Positions 51,443 through 61,178 of a stretch of 64,000 nucleotides of DNA are shown one piece after another. The notes beneath the pieces were generated by a model. That model saw only the letters and a list, made by a program, of their open reading frames with translations. It ran no database searches and was not told where the DNA came from. Source of the stretch: an uncultured bacterium (GTDB taxonomy: Bacteria > Hydrothermota > Hydrothermia > B15-G9 > WFZT01); assembly GCA_964398355.1 (NCBI GenBank), contig CAYNMM010000030.1:2264-66263 (forward strand), read 5' to 3'. Position numbers and translations under genes: made by a program. How positions within the stretch are numbered: the first letter of the stretch is position 1; the number at the start of each line of letters is the position of its first letter.

Positions 51443-51816
51443 AGATTTAGGACCAAAACTGATAAAAGGTAACCGAGAACTACAAAGACGAGGCCAAGAA
51501 AATTACTTAATAAAAAATTTAAAACTGCAAGTTTTATCTCATTTTCACGTAAAAGATTAAAGGTCTCCAGCATATAGGTTGAAAATGTAGTAAAAGCTCC
51601 AATCATGCCAACAAAAATCAGGGTTCTCACATGTGGGGGTATGGTAACGACTTCAGATATACCCCAGAGGAGACCAATGGCCCCGGAGCCAAGCAAGTTT
51701 ACGAATAAAGTACCATAAGGGAAAAATGGGCCAAGAAACCTTGTAGGAAGCTCTGCAAGCCAATATCTTAACAACGCTCCCAGACTACCACCGATTGCAA
51801 CAGCCAGAATGTTCAT
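51433..51816 (-). CDS. crcB: Fluoride ion channel CrcB/Fluc
   Basis: 127 aa, 4 TM. GTLFVNLLGSGAIG and GAFTTFSTY are CrcB signatures. Confidence 0.8.
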   Translation of the reverse strand: MNILAVAIGGSLGALLRYWLAELPTRFLGPFFPYGTLFVNLLGSGAIGLLWGISEVVTIPPHVRTLIFVGMIGAFTTFSTYMLETFNLLRENEIKLAVLNFLLSNFLGLVFVVLGYLLSVLVLNLWR

Positions 51817-51927
51817 GAAGCGGATATTATATTTTTCACATCTCTTTTTATCAAGTTTTAAGTTAGAATTTTTTCTCTCTTAATTTTGTTCGAACCTGAT
51901 GTACCTCTTAGTTGATATAATGTTTCT

Positions 51928-51956
51928 TTGACAATCTATTTGGGGGAATTTAAAAT
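51928..51956 (+). promoter_or_regulatory. Sigma70-like promoter placed so that the pyrB mRNA would be leaderless or nearly so
   Basis: -35 TTGACA (51928-51933), a 17-nt spacer, then -10 TAAAAT (51951-51956). The ATG at 51967-51969 is only about 10 nt from the -10 element, with no Shine-Dalgarno sequence. Confidence 0.35.
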
Positions 51957-51966
51957 TTTCCCCAGC

Positions 51967-52905
51967 ATGGGAGAATTTAGAGGCTTCAAGGATCTTTTAG
52001 GTTTAAGGTTTGTTGACAAGGATTTCATCACGGAAATTTTAAGTCAGGCAGAAGTATTCCTCGAAGTCATCAATCGTCCCAACAAAAAACTTCCAACTCT
52101 TAGAGGAAAGACCGTTGTTCACATGTTTTTTGAACCTTCGACAAGAACGCTATCCTCATTTGATCTTGCTGCGAAAAGGCTTTCTGCTGACACAATCAGC
52201 GTTGGAACACGTGGTACATCTATTGCGAAAGGGGAGAGTCTGCTGGACACATTGAAAAATATCGATGCTATGAAGGTTGATCTATACATTGTAAGGCATA
52301 GTGCTTCAGGGCTGCCCCATCTCCTTGCAAAACATACAGATGCATCGGTCATTAATGCAGGTGATGGGACAAACGAACATCCCACTCAAGCTCTTCTTGA
52401 CATGATGACACTTTCCCAGATTTTTGGGAATCTTGATGACATTAAAATTTTGATCGTCGGAGACATCCTCCATTCAAGAGTTGCAAGGTCCAACATATTC
52501 GGACTCTCCAAGTTTGGGGCTAAAATTTTCCTTGCTGGTCCTCCAACTCTGGTCCCGGAAGAGTACAAAGAATTGGGAGCTGAGATCGTAAAAAATATTG
52601 ATGATATTCTCGATCAGGTGAATGTTATTATGGCCTTGAGGATCCAGAAAGAGAGACTTGAAGAACCTTATTTTCCATCCATAAGGGAATATAGGAAATT
52701 CTTTGGCATAACACAAGAGAGACTCAAAAGGCTTGGGCGGGGGACAGTCCTCATGCACCCTGGTCCGGTAAATTGGGGTATAGAACTCGATTACGAAGCA
52801 AGAGATAGAGTTAGAAACGTTATTTTACGTCAGGTTACCAATGGAGTTGCAGTGAGAATGGCTATTCTTTATCTTTTCCTCGTAGGAGCACAACAAAATG
52901 GATAA
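51967..52905 (+). CDS. pyrB: Aspartate carbamoyltransferase catalytic subunit
   Basis: FFEPSTRTLSSF (STRT motif), HPTQAL and the HxG...LxxP regions are present. The start may be the TTG at 51928 (ORF track) or the ATG at 51967. Confidence 0.8.
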   Translation: MGEFRGFKDLLGLRFVDKDFITEILSQAEVFLEVINRPNKKLPTLRGKTVVHMFFEPSTRTLSSFDLAAKRLSADTISVGTRGTSIAKGESLLDTLKNIDAMKVDLYIVRHSASGLPHLLAKHTDASVINAGDGTNEHPTQALLDMMTLSQIFGNLDDIKILIVGDILHSRVARSNIFGLSKFGAKIFLAGPPTLVPEEYKELGAEIVKNIDDILDQVNVIMALRIQKERLEEPYFPSIREYRKFFGITQERLKRLGRGTVLMHPGPVNWGIELDYEARDRVRNVILRQVTNGVAVRMAILYLFLVGAQQNG

Positions 52906-54172
52906 AATTTTAATTAAAAACGGACATGTTTATAGCCCATCTAATAAAATCGATGGAAAATACGATATCCTTATTGTAGATGAAAAAATTGAAAAAATAA
53001 GCGAAAGTATTTCAGATAAAGAGGCAAAAATAATTGATGCAACTGGACTTACAATTTTTCCCGGTTTTATAGACCTACATGCACATCTGAGAGAACCAGG
53101 ATTTGAATATAAGGAAGACATTGAGTCAGGTAGCAAGGCGGCAGTTGCAGGTGGTTTTACCACAGTTCTTGCAATGCCAAACACATATCCTGCTATCGAC
53201 ACTCCAGAGGCAGTAGAATACATTGTTAAAAGATCAAACGAAGTCGGACTCGCAAGAATTCTTCCAATAGGTGCGATTACCAAAAATAGAGCAGGGGAGG
53301 AACTTGCAGATCTAAGATTAATGGCAGAGTCGGGAGCGGTAGCCTTTTCAGACGACGGTGATTGGGTTGCCAATTCCTCTGTTATGAGAAGGGCTCTTGA
53401 GTACGTTCCCGACACCCCTATCGTCTCACATGCAGAGGACAAAACACTCTCGCTAAAAGGGATCATGAACGAAAGCCCCTTATCCTATAAACTTGGTATT
53501 AAGGGTATTCCATCTGAGGCTGAGGAGATAGCTATTGCAAGAGATGTCCTTCTTGCAAAGTTAACAGGTGGCAGACTTCATATCGCACACGTGTCGTCAA
53601 AGCTCTCCATTGAAATAATTTCTCAGGCAAAATCAAAAAATCTGAGGGTAACAGCAGAAGTTACCCCACATCACCTGTTATTTACAGAGGAAGCACTTAA
53701 AACGTACAACCCAATTTTTAAGGTTAATCCACCTCTGCGAAGTGATAATGACAGGAAAGCACTTATAGAAGCTTTAAAAACCGGGGTCATTGATTGTATT
53801 GCTACAGATCATGCTCCTCATGCCAGTTTCGAAAAAGAATTCGACCTTAACCAGGCTCCCTTCGGGATCCTGGAGTTGGAAGTTGCGTTCTCTTCCCTAT
53901 ATACTCATCTTGTGCTAAAAAATGACCTTGATCTTGCTACACTTGTTACATCCATGTCATACAAACCGGCGAGAATATTCGGTTTAGAAAAAATGGGGGA
54001 AATTCGGGAGGGATTTCAGGCAGATTTATCGATATGGGACCTTAAGAAAAAGTGGATTGTAAAAGATTTGAAATCAAAATCCAGAAATACTCCTTTTCTG
54101 GGAAAAGAGCTGTATGGTAAAATTAAATTTACGATCGTCGGAGGAAAGTTAATAGATGTTGAAGAGTTGTGA
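52898..54172 (+). CDS. pyrC: Dihydroorotase
   Basis: DLHAHLREPG is the metal-binding HxH. HIAHVSS and DHAPH are present. Length is 424 aa. Confidence 0.85.
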   Translation: MDKILIKNGHVYSPSNKIDGKYDILIVDEKIEKISESISDKEAKIIDATGLTIFPGFIDLHAHLREPGFEYKEDIESGSKAAVAGGFTTVLAMPNTYPAIDTPEAVEYIVKRSNEVGLARILPIGAITKNRAGEELADLRLMAESGAVAFSDDGDWVANSSVMRRALEYVPDTPIVSHAEDKTLSLKGIMNESPLSYKLGIKGIPSEAEEIAIARDVLLAKLTGGRLHIAHVSSKLSIEIISQAKSKNLRVTAEVTPHHLLFTEEALKTYNPIFKVNPPLRSDNDRKALIEALKTGVIDCIATDHAPHASFEKEFDLNQAPFGILELEVAFSSLYTHLVLKNDLDLATLVTSMSYKPARIFGLEKMGEIREGFQADLSIWDLKKKWIVKDLKSKSRNTPFLGKELYGKIKFTIVGGKLIDVEEL

Positions 54173-55001
54173 TTCGAAAGCGCTTGAAAAAATTGCACAC
54201 GATGTAAGAGTAGATATTGTAAAAATGATTTATTATGCGGGATCCGGGCATCCAGGAGGTTCACTCTCACTTGTTGAGATAATGGTATATCTTTATTGGT
54301 GTGTCCTTAGGCATAATCCTTCCAATCCTTCCTGGGAAGACCGTGACAGATTTGTTTTATCAAAGGGACATGCTGCGCCTGTATTATATTCTGTTCTCGC
54401 AAGGAGCGGATACTTTCCGCATGATGAACTCTGGCGTCTCCGAAAGATAGATTCGCGCCTCCAGGGTCATCCAGCTCGAACAGATACACCCGGTGTGGAA
54501 GCCTCTACAGGATCATTGGGACAGGGATTCTCTGTAGCACTTGGAATGGCCCTCGGTTTGAGGCTTGATCGCAGATCCTCAAGAGTATATGTTGCCCTTG
54601 GAGATGGAGAGATCGATGAAGGACAGGTCTGGGAAACAGCAATGTCTGCAGCCCATTACAAGGTCGATAACCTCACTGCAATACTGGATTTTAATACACT
54701 TCAAATCGACGGGAAAATATTTGATGTTATGAATTCCTCACCTATTGATGAGAAGTTTAAATCCTTTGGATGGGCAACAAGGGTCATTAATGGTCATAAT
54801 TTTAGTGAAATTAGAGATGCTTTTGAATGGTCAAAAACAGTTAAAGATAGACCGCAGTTAATAATTGCTCATACCATAAAGGGAAAGGGGATCTCATTCA
54901 TGGAGAATAGAGTTGAATGGCATGGAAAGGCACCTAACAAAGAACAATTTATTCAGGCCATGCAGGAGCTCGGAGTTGAAATACCTGATGAAAACTTTTA
55001 G
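54156..55001 (+). CDS. Transketolase, N-terminal (TPP-binding) subunit of a split transketolase
   Basis: SGHPGGSLSLVEI, GDGEIDEGQVWE and HTIKGKG are present. At 281 aa it is too short to be a full-length transketolase. It overlaps the pyrC stop. Confidence 0.75.
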   Translation: MLKSCDSKALEKIAHDVRVDIVKMIYYAGSGHPGGSLSLVEIMVYLYWCVLRHNPSNPSWEDRDRFVLSKGHAAPVLYSVLARSGYFPHDELWRLRKIDSRLQGHPARTDTPGVEASTGSLGQGFSVALGMALGLRLDRRSSRVYVALGDGEIDEGQVWETAMSAAHYKVDNLTAILDFNTLQIDGKIFDVMNSSPIDEKFKSFGWATRVINGHNFSEIRDAFEWSKTVKDRPQLIIAHTIKGKGISFMENRVEWHGKAPNKEQFIQAMQELGVEIPDENF

Positions 55002-55023
55002 AATTAAACTCCATCTTTCAAGT

Positions 55024-55096
55024 GCGCCGCTAGCTCAACAGGCAGAGCATCGGATTCTTAATCCGAGGGTTGCAGGTTCGACTCCTGCGCGGCGCA
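55024..55096 (+). tRNA. tRNA-Lys (anticodon CUU)
   Basis: I folded it by hand. The acceptor is GCGCCGC/GCGGCGC. The D-stem is GCTC/GAGC. The anticodon stem is TCGGA/TCCGA with loop TTCTTAA. The T-arm is GCAGG-TTCGACT-CCTGC. The discriminator is A. Length is 73 nt. Confidence 0.8.
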
Positions 55097-55109
55097 CTTT
55101 TATATTTTT

Positions 55110-55436
55110 ATGAAGAAGATAAACTTCAACGAACTAATGAAGGAGGTAAAAGAGACCTTTACACCTGTAGAGGTCTCAAGAATCGATGGGTCATCTGTCA
55201 GAATGGTAAAAATTCATGGTGAATATCGCTGGCACGTTCATCCAGACGAGGATGAATTCTTTTTTGTATTGAAAGGGGAACTCATAATTGAGACAAAAGG
55301 CAAAACATTCGTTCTAAAGGAAGGCGAAGGACTTAAAATTCCCAAAAGGACACCCCACAGATCTAAGGCCAATGTTGAAACATTTGTGCTACTTTTCGAA
55401 CCAACAAGAACAAATACTTACGGTGTGCCAATTTAA
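55110..55436 (+). CDS. Cupin-domain protein
   Basis: HGEYRWHVHPDEDEFFFVLKGEL carries the cupin motifs. Length is 108 aa. Confidence 0.55.
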   Translation: MKKINFNELMKEVKETFTPVEVSRIDGSSVRMVKIHGEYRWHVHPDEDEFFFVLKGELIIETKGKTFVLKEGEGLKIPKRTPHRSKANVETFVLLFEPTRTNTYGVPI

Positions 55437-55451
55437 AAAAGGAGGTAAACC

Positions 55452-56012
55452 ATGAAAATTAAAAATATCCTCCTTACAACTTTTTTGCTGGTGTTTCCTG
55501 TACTCGCCAGGCCAATCTATTTTGAGGCGAAAGGGAATATTCAACTTTATTGGGATGAGCTAAAAAATGGTGGAATAAAGGAAGGTCAACATCCCTTTTC
55601 CATAAGACTTTCTGCCGGTATCCTGAATATAGGTGGAATTTTCATGATAAATGGAGAAGTACTGGACGGGAAACTAAAACTCGTAAATGGAGTCGGTGGA
55701 AAAATCGGCCCTCTCTTCGGTATTATGTTTCTTGGAACTGATTCCATTGCACATCCCAATGATTACATTGAGAAATATCGAGTTGGACTTGAGTCTGGAG
55801 GATTAATTATCGGATTTAATATCCTCAATGAGCCACAATCTATCTCTAATAAAGACGAGGTAAAAAATATTTTTACAGTCTTTGGAGGGCTGTCCCTCTT
55901 TACCGTCAAACCCTTTAGTTTCATACTTGGCGCAGAAAGAATACCTCTTAAAAACGATTACGAAATCCAGCCCGACACGCGGCTTTATGCAGGATTAAAA
56001 TTTAGACTGTAA
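55452..56012 (+). CDS. Hypothetical secreted / small outer-membrane protein
   Basis: A signal peptide is present and the C-terminus is aromatic (LKFRL). Length is 186 aa. Confidence 0.3.
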   Translation: MKIKNILLTTFLLVFPVLARPIYFEAKGNIQLYWDELKNGGIKEGQHPFSIRLSAGILNIGGIFMINGEVLDGKLKLVNGVGGKIGPLFGIMFLGTDSIAHPNDYIEKYRVGLESGGLIIGFNILNEPQSISNKDEVKNIFTVFGGLSLFTVKPFSFILGAERIPLKNDYEIQPDTRLYAGLKFRL

Positions 56013-56046
56013 ATTCAATTTCTCAAAGTAAAAACATCTTCAAAAA

Positions 56047-57297
56047 TCAAAAATTAAATTTTATTTCAAAGAATGCAAGTTTACCAACGTGTTTACCCAT
56101 TTCACTGAAGGGTGACGACCCTTTACCTCCGGAAAGAAATAAACCTGCAATAATGTTAACAGCATCCGCCGGAGAATACATAAGTTTTGGAATTGTAAAG
56201 TAGTCATTATTCGTAAAATCGTATACCAATGTCCCGTCGATACTCCAGCTCCCATCTGGAGAATTATATCCCAGTGTTAACGTGCCATAATATGTATTTT
56301 CATGATTTTGATAGTTAAATTTCTGGGCAAAACCATAGACTACTGATTTTATCAAACTGGGCTCGTAGTAGGTTGAATCCTTGAAATCAAAAATATGTTT
56401 GACTCCAACCTGTGATCCAAACTTTACCTTCTCATCGAGAAATGTTTTGTTCCCTCCCAAAATTGCATAAATGTAAGGGTTTTTAACCGCAGGATCTGTT
56501 CCGTCTTCGTCGATAGTCTTGAAGTATGCGCCCTCCCCATGGAATTCCCAACCGGAAATGGTCATCGAGAAATCCGCTCCAAACATTTTAACCGGGTTGT
56601 AATGTGGAATGAGTACGATCGTTGAGGAATTAGCTGTCCTGCAAACTCTATAATCGAGATCAAAATCTCTATCGTAAATGGAAAGGTATGTTAAAGAAAA
56701 GTCAATGTTGCTCAAATATCCCTGGAATCTCAGACCATATTGAGTATATTTGACCTCATAAGATGGTTTGATTGCACTATCAGGGAAAAAACTTACGGAA
56801 AGGACGTTGGGAATTATTCCTACTGAGAATGGTACCATTGGATATTTATTTGGGGTAAATGCAGGGAAAATATATAATGAGGCATAAAAATTCGAAAAAC
56901 TCAGGTCAAAATTCATTTCTTCAATACCTTTCGTAAATTCCTCAATATCAGAGTGAAGAGTGGTATAATCTTTGGGGGAAATTACATCCGTTGGATTTAA
57001 CCAATCGGCAGTTCCGATCCTGATGATTCTTTTCCCAGCAGTTAATCCGAGAAATCCTCTCTCATAAGAAAAGTACGCCTCTACAGGTTCTATATAAGCA
57101 CTGTCTGGTATCCTGTCATAAACGAAATTAAATGCGCCGTAGCCCTCAACATCTCCTCTCTCAAATGAAATCTTTATTTGAATAGAGGAGGCAAGTTTTT
57201 TATATTGTTTTAGAGAATCAATTCTTGCATAACTCTCAAATCTCAAGTATCCACCAAATGGAATGTTAAAGGCCAGGAGCAGCAACATTAAATTCAT
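56047..57297 (-). CDS. Hypothetical outer-membrane beta-barrel protein associated with the MMPL transporter module
   Basis: A signal peptide is present, the C-terminus is ...FFEIKFNF, and there are many amphipathic strands. Confidence 0.4.
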   Translation of the reverse strand: MNLMLLLLAFNIPFGGYLRFESYARIDSLKQYKKLASSIQIKISFERGDVEGYGAFNFVYDRIPDSAYIEPVEAYFSYERGFLGLTAGKRIIRIGTADWLNPTDVISPKDYTTLHSDIEEFTKGIEEMNFDLSFSNFYASLYIFPAFTPNKYPMVPFSVGIIPNVLSVSFFPDSAIKPSYEVKYTQYGLRFQGYLSNIDFSLTYLSIYDRDFDLDYRVCRTANSSTIVLIPHYNPVKMFGADFSMTISGWEFHGEGAYFKTIDEDGTDPAVKNPYIYAILGGNKTFLDEKVKFGSQVGVKHIFDFKDSTYYEPSLIKSVVYGFAQKFNYQNHENTYYGTLTLGYNSPDGSWSIDGTLVYDFTNNDYFTIPKLMYSPADAVNIIAGLFLSGGKGSSPFSEMGKHVGKLAFFEIKFNF

Positions 57298-57308
57298 TTC
57301 AAAACCTC

Positions 57309-58103
57309 CTATTCAAGGGCTCTGAGGGAAAACATTCTGTCAGGTAACCCGATATTCACCTGTATTTTCTCAAATTTCATAATAGATTTACGATTGTTTT
57401 CAAGTTTAACAGCTGTCATTTCAGTTTCAAACCATATTCCGGCAATCTGTTCCATCTTATTGGTCAGTATACGTTTGAATAATTCTCCACTACGATCATA
57501 GCAATCTGTTCTAACCACCATATAGTTATCTTTTCTTACCCATTTTATCATTTTAGAGTAACCGGATTTTTTCACAACTTTTTTATTTTTTGCTATGGCT
57601 TCAATTACCCAGCATGGAGCCCCATCATAATTTTCCTCTTTGAGAAGTTTATAACTCCAATCTTCATATTCTCCACCACCAATATCGTAGTTGGAGAAGT
57701 CGGAGCCCATGAAAGGGCCAGCTTTACCTGATGCGGCAATTCTTTTTGCCTTTCTTATTGCCGGAATATAAATCCACATATCGTCATCTCTGTTTTTGTG
57801 TTCGTGAAGTAGAAACTTTGTTCCTTTGATGTCAGCTGGTTCAAGAAAGAGGATAAGCATTTTTGTTTCATCGGTTTTGGGATCAGTTTTTGACCAGCTT
57901 TCCATCTTTCTAATTCTTTTATTTCCATTAGGTGAAATTATTTCAAGTGTCATGAAGGCGTGCATATCCCTCCATTTTGGTCTGTGATGTACACGCCACA
58001 TAATTTTTGAGGCGTCCTGTGCATCGAGCAATTGCACGATGCACAGGACGCCAACCAATGCACCAACCCCAAATACTTTGCCCCAGAAAATTTTTTTAAT
58101 CAT
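57309..58103 (-). CDS. Outer-membrane lipoprotein-sorting (LolA-like) protein, MMPL-associated
   Basis: 264 aa with a signal peptide. Composition is LolA-fold-like. It lies immediately downstream of the MMPL gene with a 1-nt overlap. Confidence 0.45.
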   Translation of the reverse strand: MIKKIFWGKVFGVGALVGVLCIVQLLDAQDASKIMWRVHHRPKWRDMHAFMTLEIISPNGNKRIRKMESWSKTDPKTDETKMLILFLEPADIKGTKFLLHEHKNRDDDMWIYIPAIRKAKRIAASGKAGPFMGSDFSNYDIGGGEYEDWSYKLLKEENYDGAPCWVIEAIAKNKKVVKKSGYSKMIKWVRKDNYMVVRTDCYDRSGELFKRILTNKMEQIAGIWFETEMTAVKLENNRKSIMKFEKIQVNIGLPDRMFSLRALE

Positions 58104-60373
58104 TATTCTTCACCTCCAAAATCTGGTTTTATTAAGTTCATTACTGATGGCAAAATTACCAGAGCACCAAATGCACTCAGTACCATCGTTATCGCAACCA
58201 ATAACCCAAGCCTTTTTATCCCTATAAAAACTGAAAGAGTCAATACCAGAAAACCCAATGTAACTGAAAGAGCATTGTAAATTATCGCCTTCCCCACAGT
58301 TGCAGTTGAGGTTACAATGGTTTTTGATGGATCCCTCAAATCTTTATTAAGAATCTTGTATCTATTTATGTAGTGCACAGCATAATCTATGCCTATTCCT
58401 ATGGCTATTGAGGCAACAATGGCCGTCGCATGTGTCAGCGATATACCTGTAAATCCCATTATTCCAAAGTTCAAAATTACAACCACAAAAAGTGGAATTA
58501 TGGACAACACCCCAGCTTTAAATGATCTCAAAACCAAGGATGTAATTATCAAAACAAGAATGAAAGCAGAGATGACACTTGCTATTTGCCCCTTGACAAC
58601 AAGCTGATCCATCAAAATAAATAGACGTGATAAACCTGTAACCGTGGCAGTTATACCTGTTCCCCTGAGCTCCTCCTTCTTGTAGTGATTTATTGCGTTA
58701 ACGATTTTCTTTAACTCCCCTGTGTTTGCAGTTTTTATAAAGATTGTCATATTTAATACATCGTAATCAGGATTTACAAGTGCATCAAAATCTGATGGGT
58801 CTCCTGACATACTGTATAAAAAGATTTCTTGAGATACGAGCTTCCTTGAATCCGGGATCCTGTAGTACTCAGGCTTATCAGCAAAAAGTCCCTGATTTAG
58901 CCTTTTAACCATGTCTGTGAGAGACATGGCACCCCCCACATAGGGCAATTTCTTTACATAATTTTCAAAATTGTCCACAATTTTTAAATTTTTTGGATCT
59001 TTAAACGCCCCCTTCTTTCCGGCTTCAAAAATAATGTTAAGAGGAGTTGTCCCAACAAATTCACGATTGATCCACTCATCAGCGATTCTTATAGGACTAT
59101 TTTTTGGAAAATTAGTTATTTCGTTTGACTCGCTTTTAATCTCAGGAATACCAATTGCCCCAATTATCATCAGAAGAATGGAGATAATAACTATTAATAA
59201 GCTTTTTTTAACAGTGAAAACTCCAAGTTTTCTCAACGTTTCGCTCTCTGGTGAGGCTGAAGGTTTAACAGCTGGTGTTTTCAAAACAGCGAGAAAGGCG
59301 GGCACCATGAATATTGAGATGAAAAGTGTGATAAAAACTCCGATTCCATTCATCAAACCAAAAGTCTTTATGGTTTTAATTTGTGAAGTTACAAGTGAAA
59401 TAAATCCTGCTACTGTGGTCAAACCGGCAATTATAACGGCATTTCCCCTCTTTACATAAACGTTAAAAACTGCCTCTTTTTTTGGAAGACCACTAAGAAT
59501 TTCTTCATTAAACTGGTGTATTAGATGAATACCATAAGCAGTGCCTATAGCTACAAGGAGCATTGGTAGGAGGGAAGTTTCAAGACTCAGAGGGATACCA
59601 AGTAATCCTTGAAGACCCATTACCCACACAGAGGCGAGAATCACGGTTAAAACAGGTAAAAACACTCCTCTTAAAGATCTGAAACTGAAGAATAACACGA
59701 CCATTGCCACAAGAATTGAAATCGGGAACAACTTTCTAATATCCCCGGTAACATGTTCGGCTATCATAGCCTCTACAACCGGCTTGCCGGAAATGTAAAA
59801 CTTTTCCGGACCAATGTAAGGCTTGACTATTTTTCTCAATTCTTTGTATATATTCAGCACTTCATCCTGTGAGATGTTATCTTTCAAAATTACAAGAATC
59901 GCTGTAGAATGACCACTTTTGCCAATGAGCATACCTTCGTACATAGGATCATGGTCAACAAGTTTTCTTACCCTCTCACAATCTTTCTCTGAGGTCGGTC
60001 TATCCTCCATCAAAGGGATAACCTCAAAGCCTTCAGTTGTGCCTTTAATTTTCGAAGCAGTTGCAAAGGACAAAACTTTTTTCACACCTTTAATGGATTC
60101 AAGTGTATCAGAAAGGTCCCAGACCTTTTGTAGTGTATTCAAAGAATAAATATTTTTTGATTCAATACCAATGAAAATGACGTCCCGTGACGGGAAAAGC
60201 TCTTTCATTCGATTATAAGCTTTTACTTCAGGGTAGTGAGCGGGTAAACCGGCCTCCATTCTTGTTTCAACACGGATATTTTTCATAAAATATCCGAGGA
60301 AAATAGTGATTCCAAGGATACCAGTAAGGGTAATCCATGGATATTTTGATACGAAATTGCCAAGTTTTCTCAT
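58103..60373 (-). CDS. MMPL/RND-superfamily transporter (12 TM with two large periplasmic loops)
   Basis: 756 aa. The topology is two 6-TM bundles, each preceded by a soluble domain, typical of MMPL/HpnN-like exporters. Confidence 0.65.
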   Translation of the reverse strand: MRKLGNFVSKYPWITLTGILGITIFLGYFMKNIRVETRMEAGLPAHYPEVKAYNRMKELFPSRDVIFIGIESKNIYSLNTLQKVWDLSDTLESIKGVKKVLSFATASKIKGTTEGFEVIPLMEDRPTSEKDCERVRKLVDHDPMYEGMLIGKSGHSTAILVILKDNISQDEVLNIYKELRKIVKPYIGPEKFYISGKPVVEAMIAEHVTGDIRKLFPISILVAMVVLFFSFRSLRGVFLPVLTVILASVWVMGLQGLLGIPLSLETSLLPMLLVAIGTAYGIHLIHQFNEEILSGLPKKEAVFNVYVKRGNAVIIAGLTTVAGFISLVTSQIKTIKTFGLMNGIGVFITLFISIFMVPAFLAVLKTPAVKPSASPESETLRKLGVFTVKKSLLIVIISILLMIIGAIGIPEIKSESNEITNFPKNSPIRIADEWINREFVGTTPLNIIFEAGKKGAFKDPKNLKIVDNFENYVKKLPYVGGAMSLTDMVKRLNQGLFADKPEYYRIPDSRKLVSQEIFLYSMSGDPSDFDALVNPDYDVLNMTIFIKTANTGELKKIVNAINHYKKEELRGTGITATVTGLSRLFILMDQLVVKGQIASVISAFILVLIITSLVLRSFKAGVLSIIPLFVVVILNFGIMGFTGISLTHATAIVASIAIGIGIDYAVHYINRYKILNKDLRDPSKTIVTSTATVGKAIIYNALSVTLGFLVLTLSVFIGIKRLGLLVAITMVLSAFGALVILPSVMNLIKPDFGGEE

Positions 60374-60375
60374 AA

Positions 60376-61005
60376 CTATCCTCCCCGTTTAATCCCATAA
60401 AGGAAAAGTTCAATTGTAAGATTTTTCATTGCCTCAAGATCCTTAGGACCGGGTTTCATAATAAGCAATCCGTGCATCAAACCTGCGAGGGAAAAAATTA
60501 GATCATCTGTGTTTATGTTTTTAAAAACCATTGTTTTTTTGCCCTTATCAAAGATCTCCTGAAGGATCTGCATTTCTTCATAATGCTTGGCGATAAATCT
60601 TTCTCTGTTCCTGGGTGAGATTTTCCCAAGCAGATAACCGCTATAGGTAGAGTTGAGCAGTTTAAGAAACTTAATATTCTGGCTGTAATAGTCGTACTCG
60701 GTTTCAATAAATACCATAAGCTGCTTTTCTGGTGGGTCTTCTGGATTTACATGGTTTCTCAATCTTTCTATGAGCTGATCCATACCATCTATAAGGAGAG
60801 AAACAAAAATTTCCTCTTTTGAGTCGAAATAAAAATAGAGCAATCCCTTTGAAAGCCCTGCGTAATCAGCGATCTCATCAGTAGTTGTGCGTTCGTATCC
60901 ATTTTCAGAGAAGAGTTCAAGGGCAGATTTCAAAATGGTTTTAATTCTCTTTTGCCTTTCTTTTTCTCTTCTTTTAATCGACTTTTTAGTCAATTTTCGA
61001 CTCAT
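60376..61005 (-). CDS. TetR/AcrR-family transcriptional regulator
   Basis: The N-terminal HTH is ERTTTDEIADYAGLSKGLLYFYFDSKEEIF. Length is 209 aa. It lies immediately upstream of the MMPL gene. Confidence 0.75.
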   Translation of the reverse strand: MSRKLTKKSIKRREKERQKRIKTILKSALELFSENGYERTTTDEIADYAGLSKGLLYFYFDSKEEIFVSLLIDGMDQLIERLRNHVNPEDPPEKQLMVFIETEYDYYSQNIKFLKLLNSTYSGYLLGKISPRNRERFIAKHYEEMQILQEIFDKGKKTMVFKNINTDDLIFSLAGLMHGLLIMKPGPKDLEAMKNLTIELFLYGIKRGG

Positions 61006-61178
61006 AAGTCAATTATAAATTCCCCGTAAATTCCTGTCAACTCAGATCTCATTGCCGGCATTTTACCTGATAAAAGATTGAAATTATTCTCATTGTGAAA
61101 TTTTGAATTTTGCAATCTTTATTTTACCAGACCAATGAGTTATTATTTACAAAGTCATAAAAATAAGGAGAGTGTATC

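Noticed and set aside
51817-51930. A fluoride riboswitch upstream of crcB.
   Set aside because: I translated the leader by eye on the minus strand and found none of the conserved motifs. It is listed as a low-interest finding for a covariance-model check instead.
55024-61005. tRNA-Lys as an integration site for a genomic island containing the cupin gene, outer-membrane protein genes and the MMPL module.
   Set aside because: No integrase, recombinase, direct repeat of the tRNA 3' end, or phage/plasmid genes could be seen downstream.
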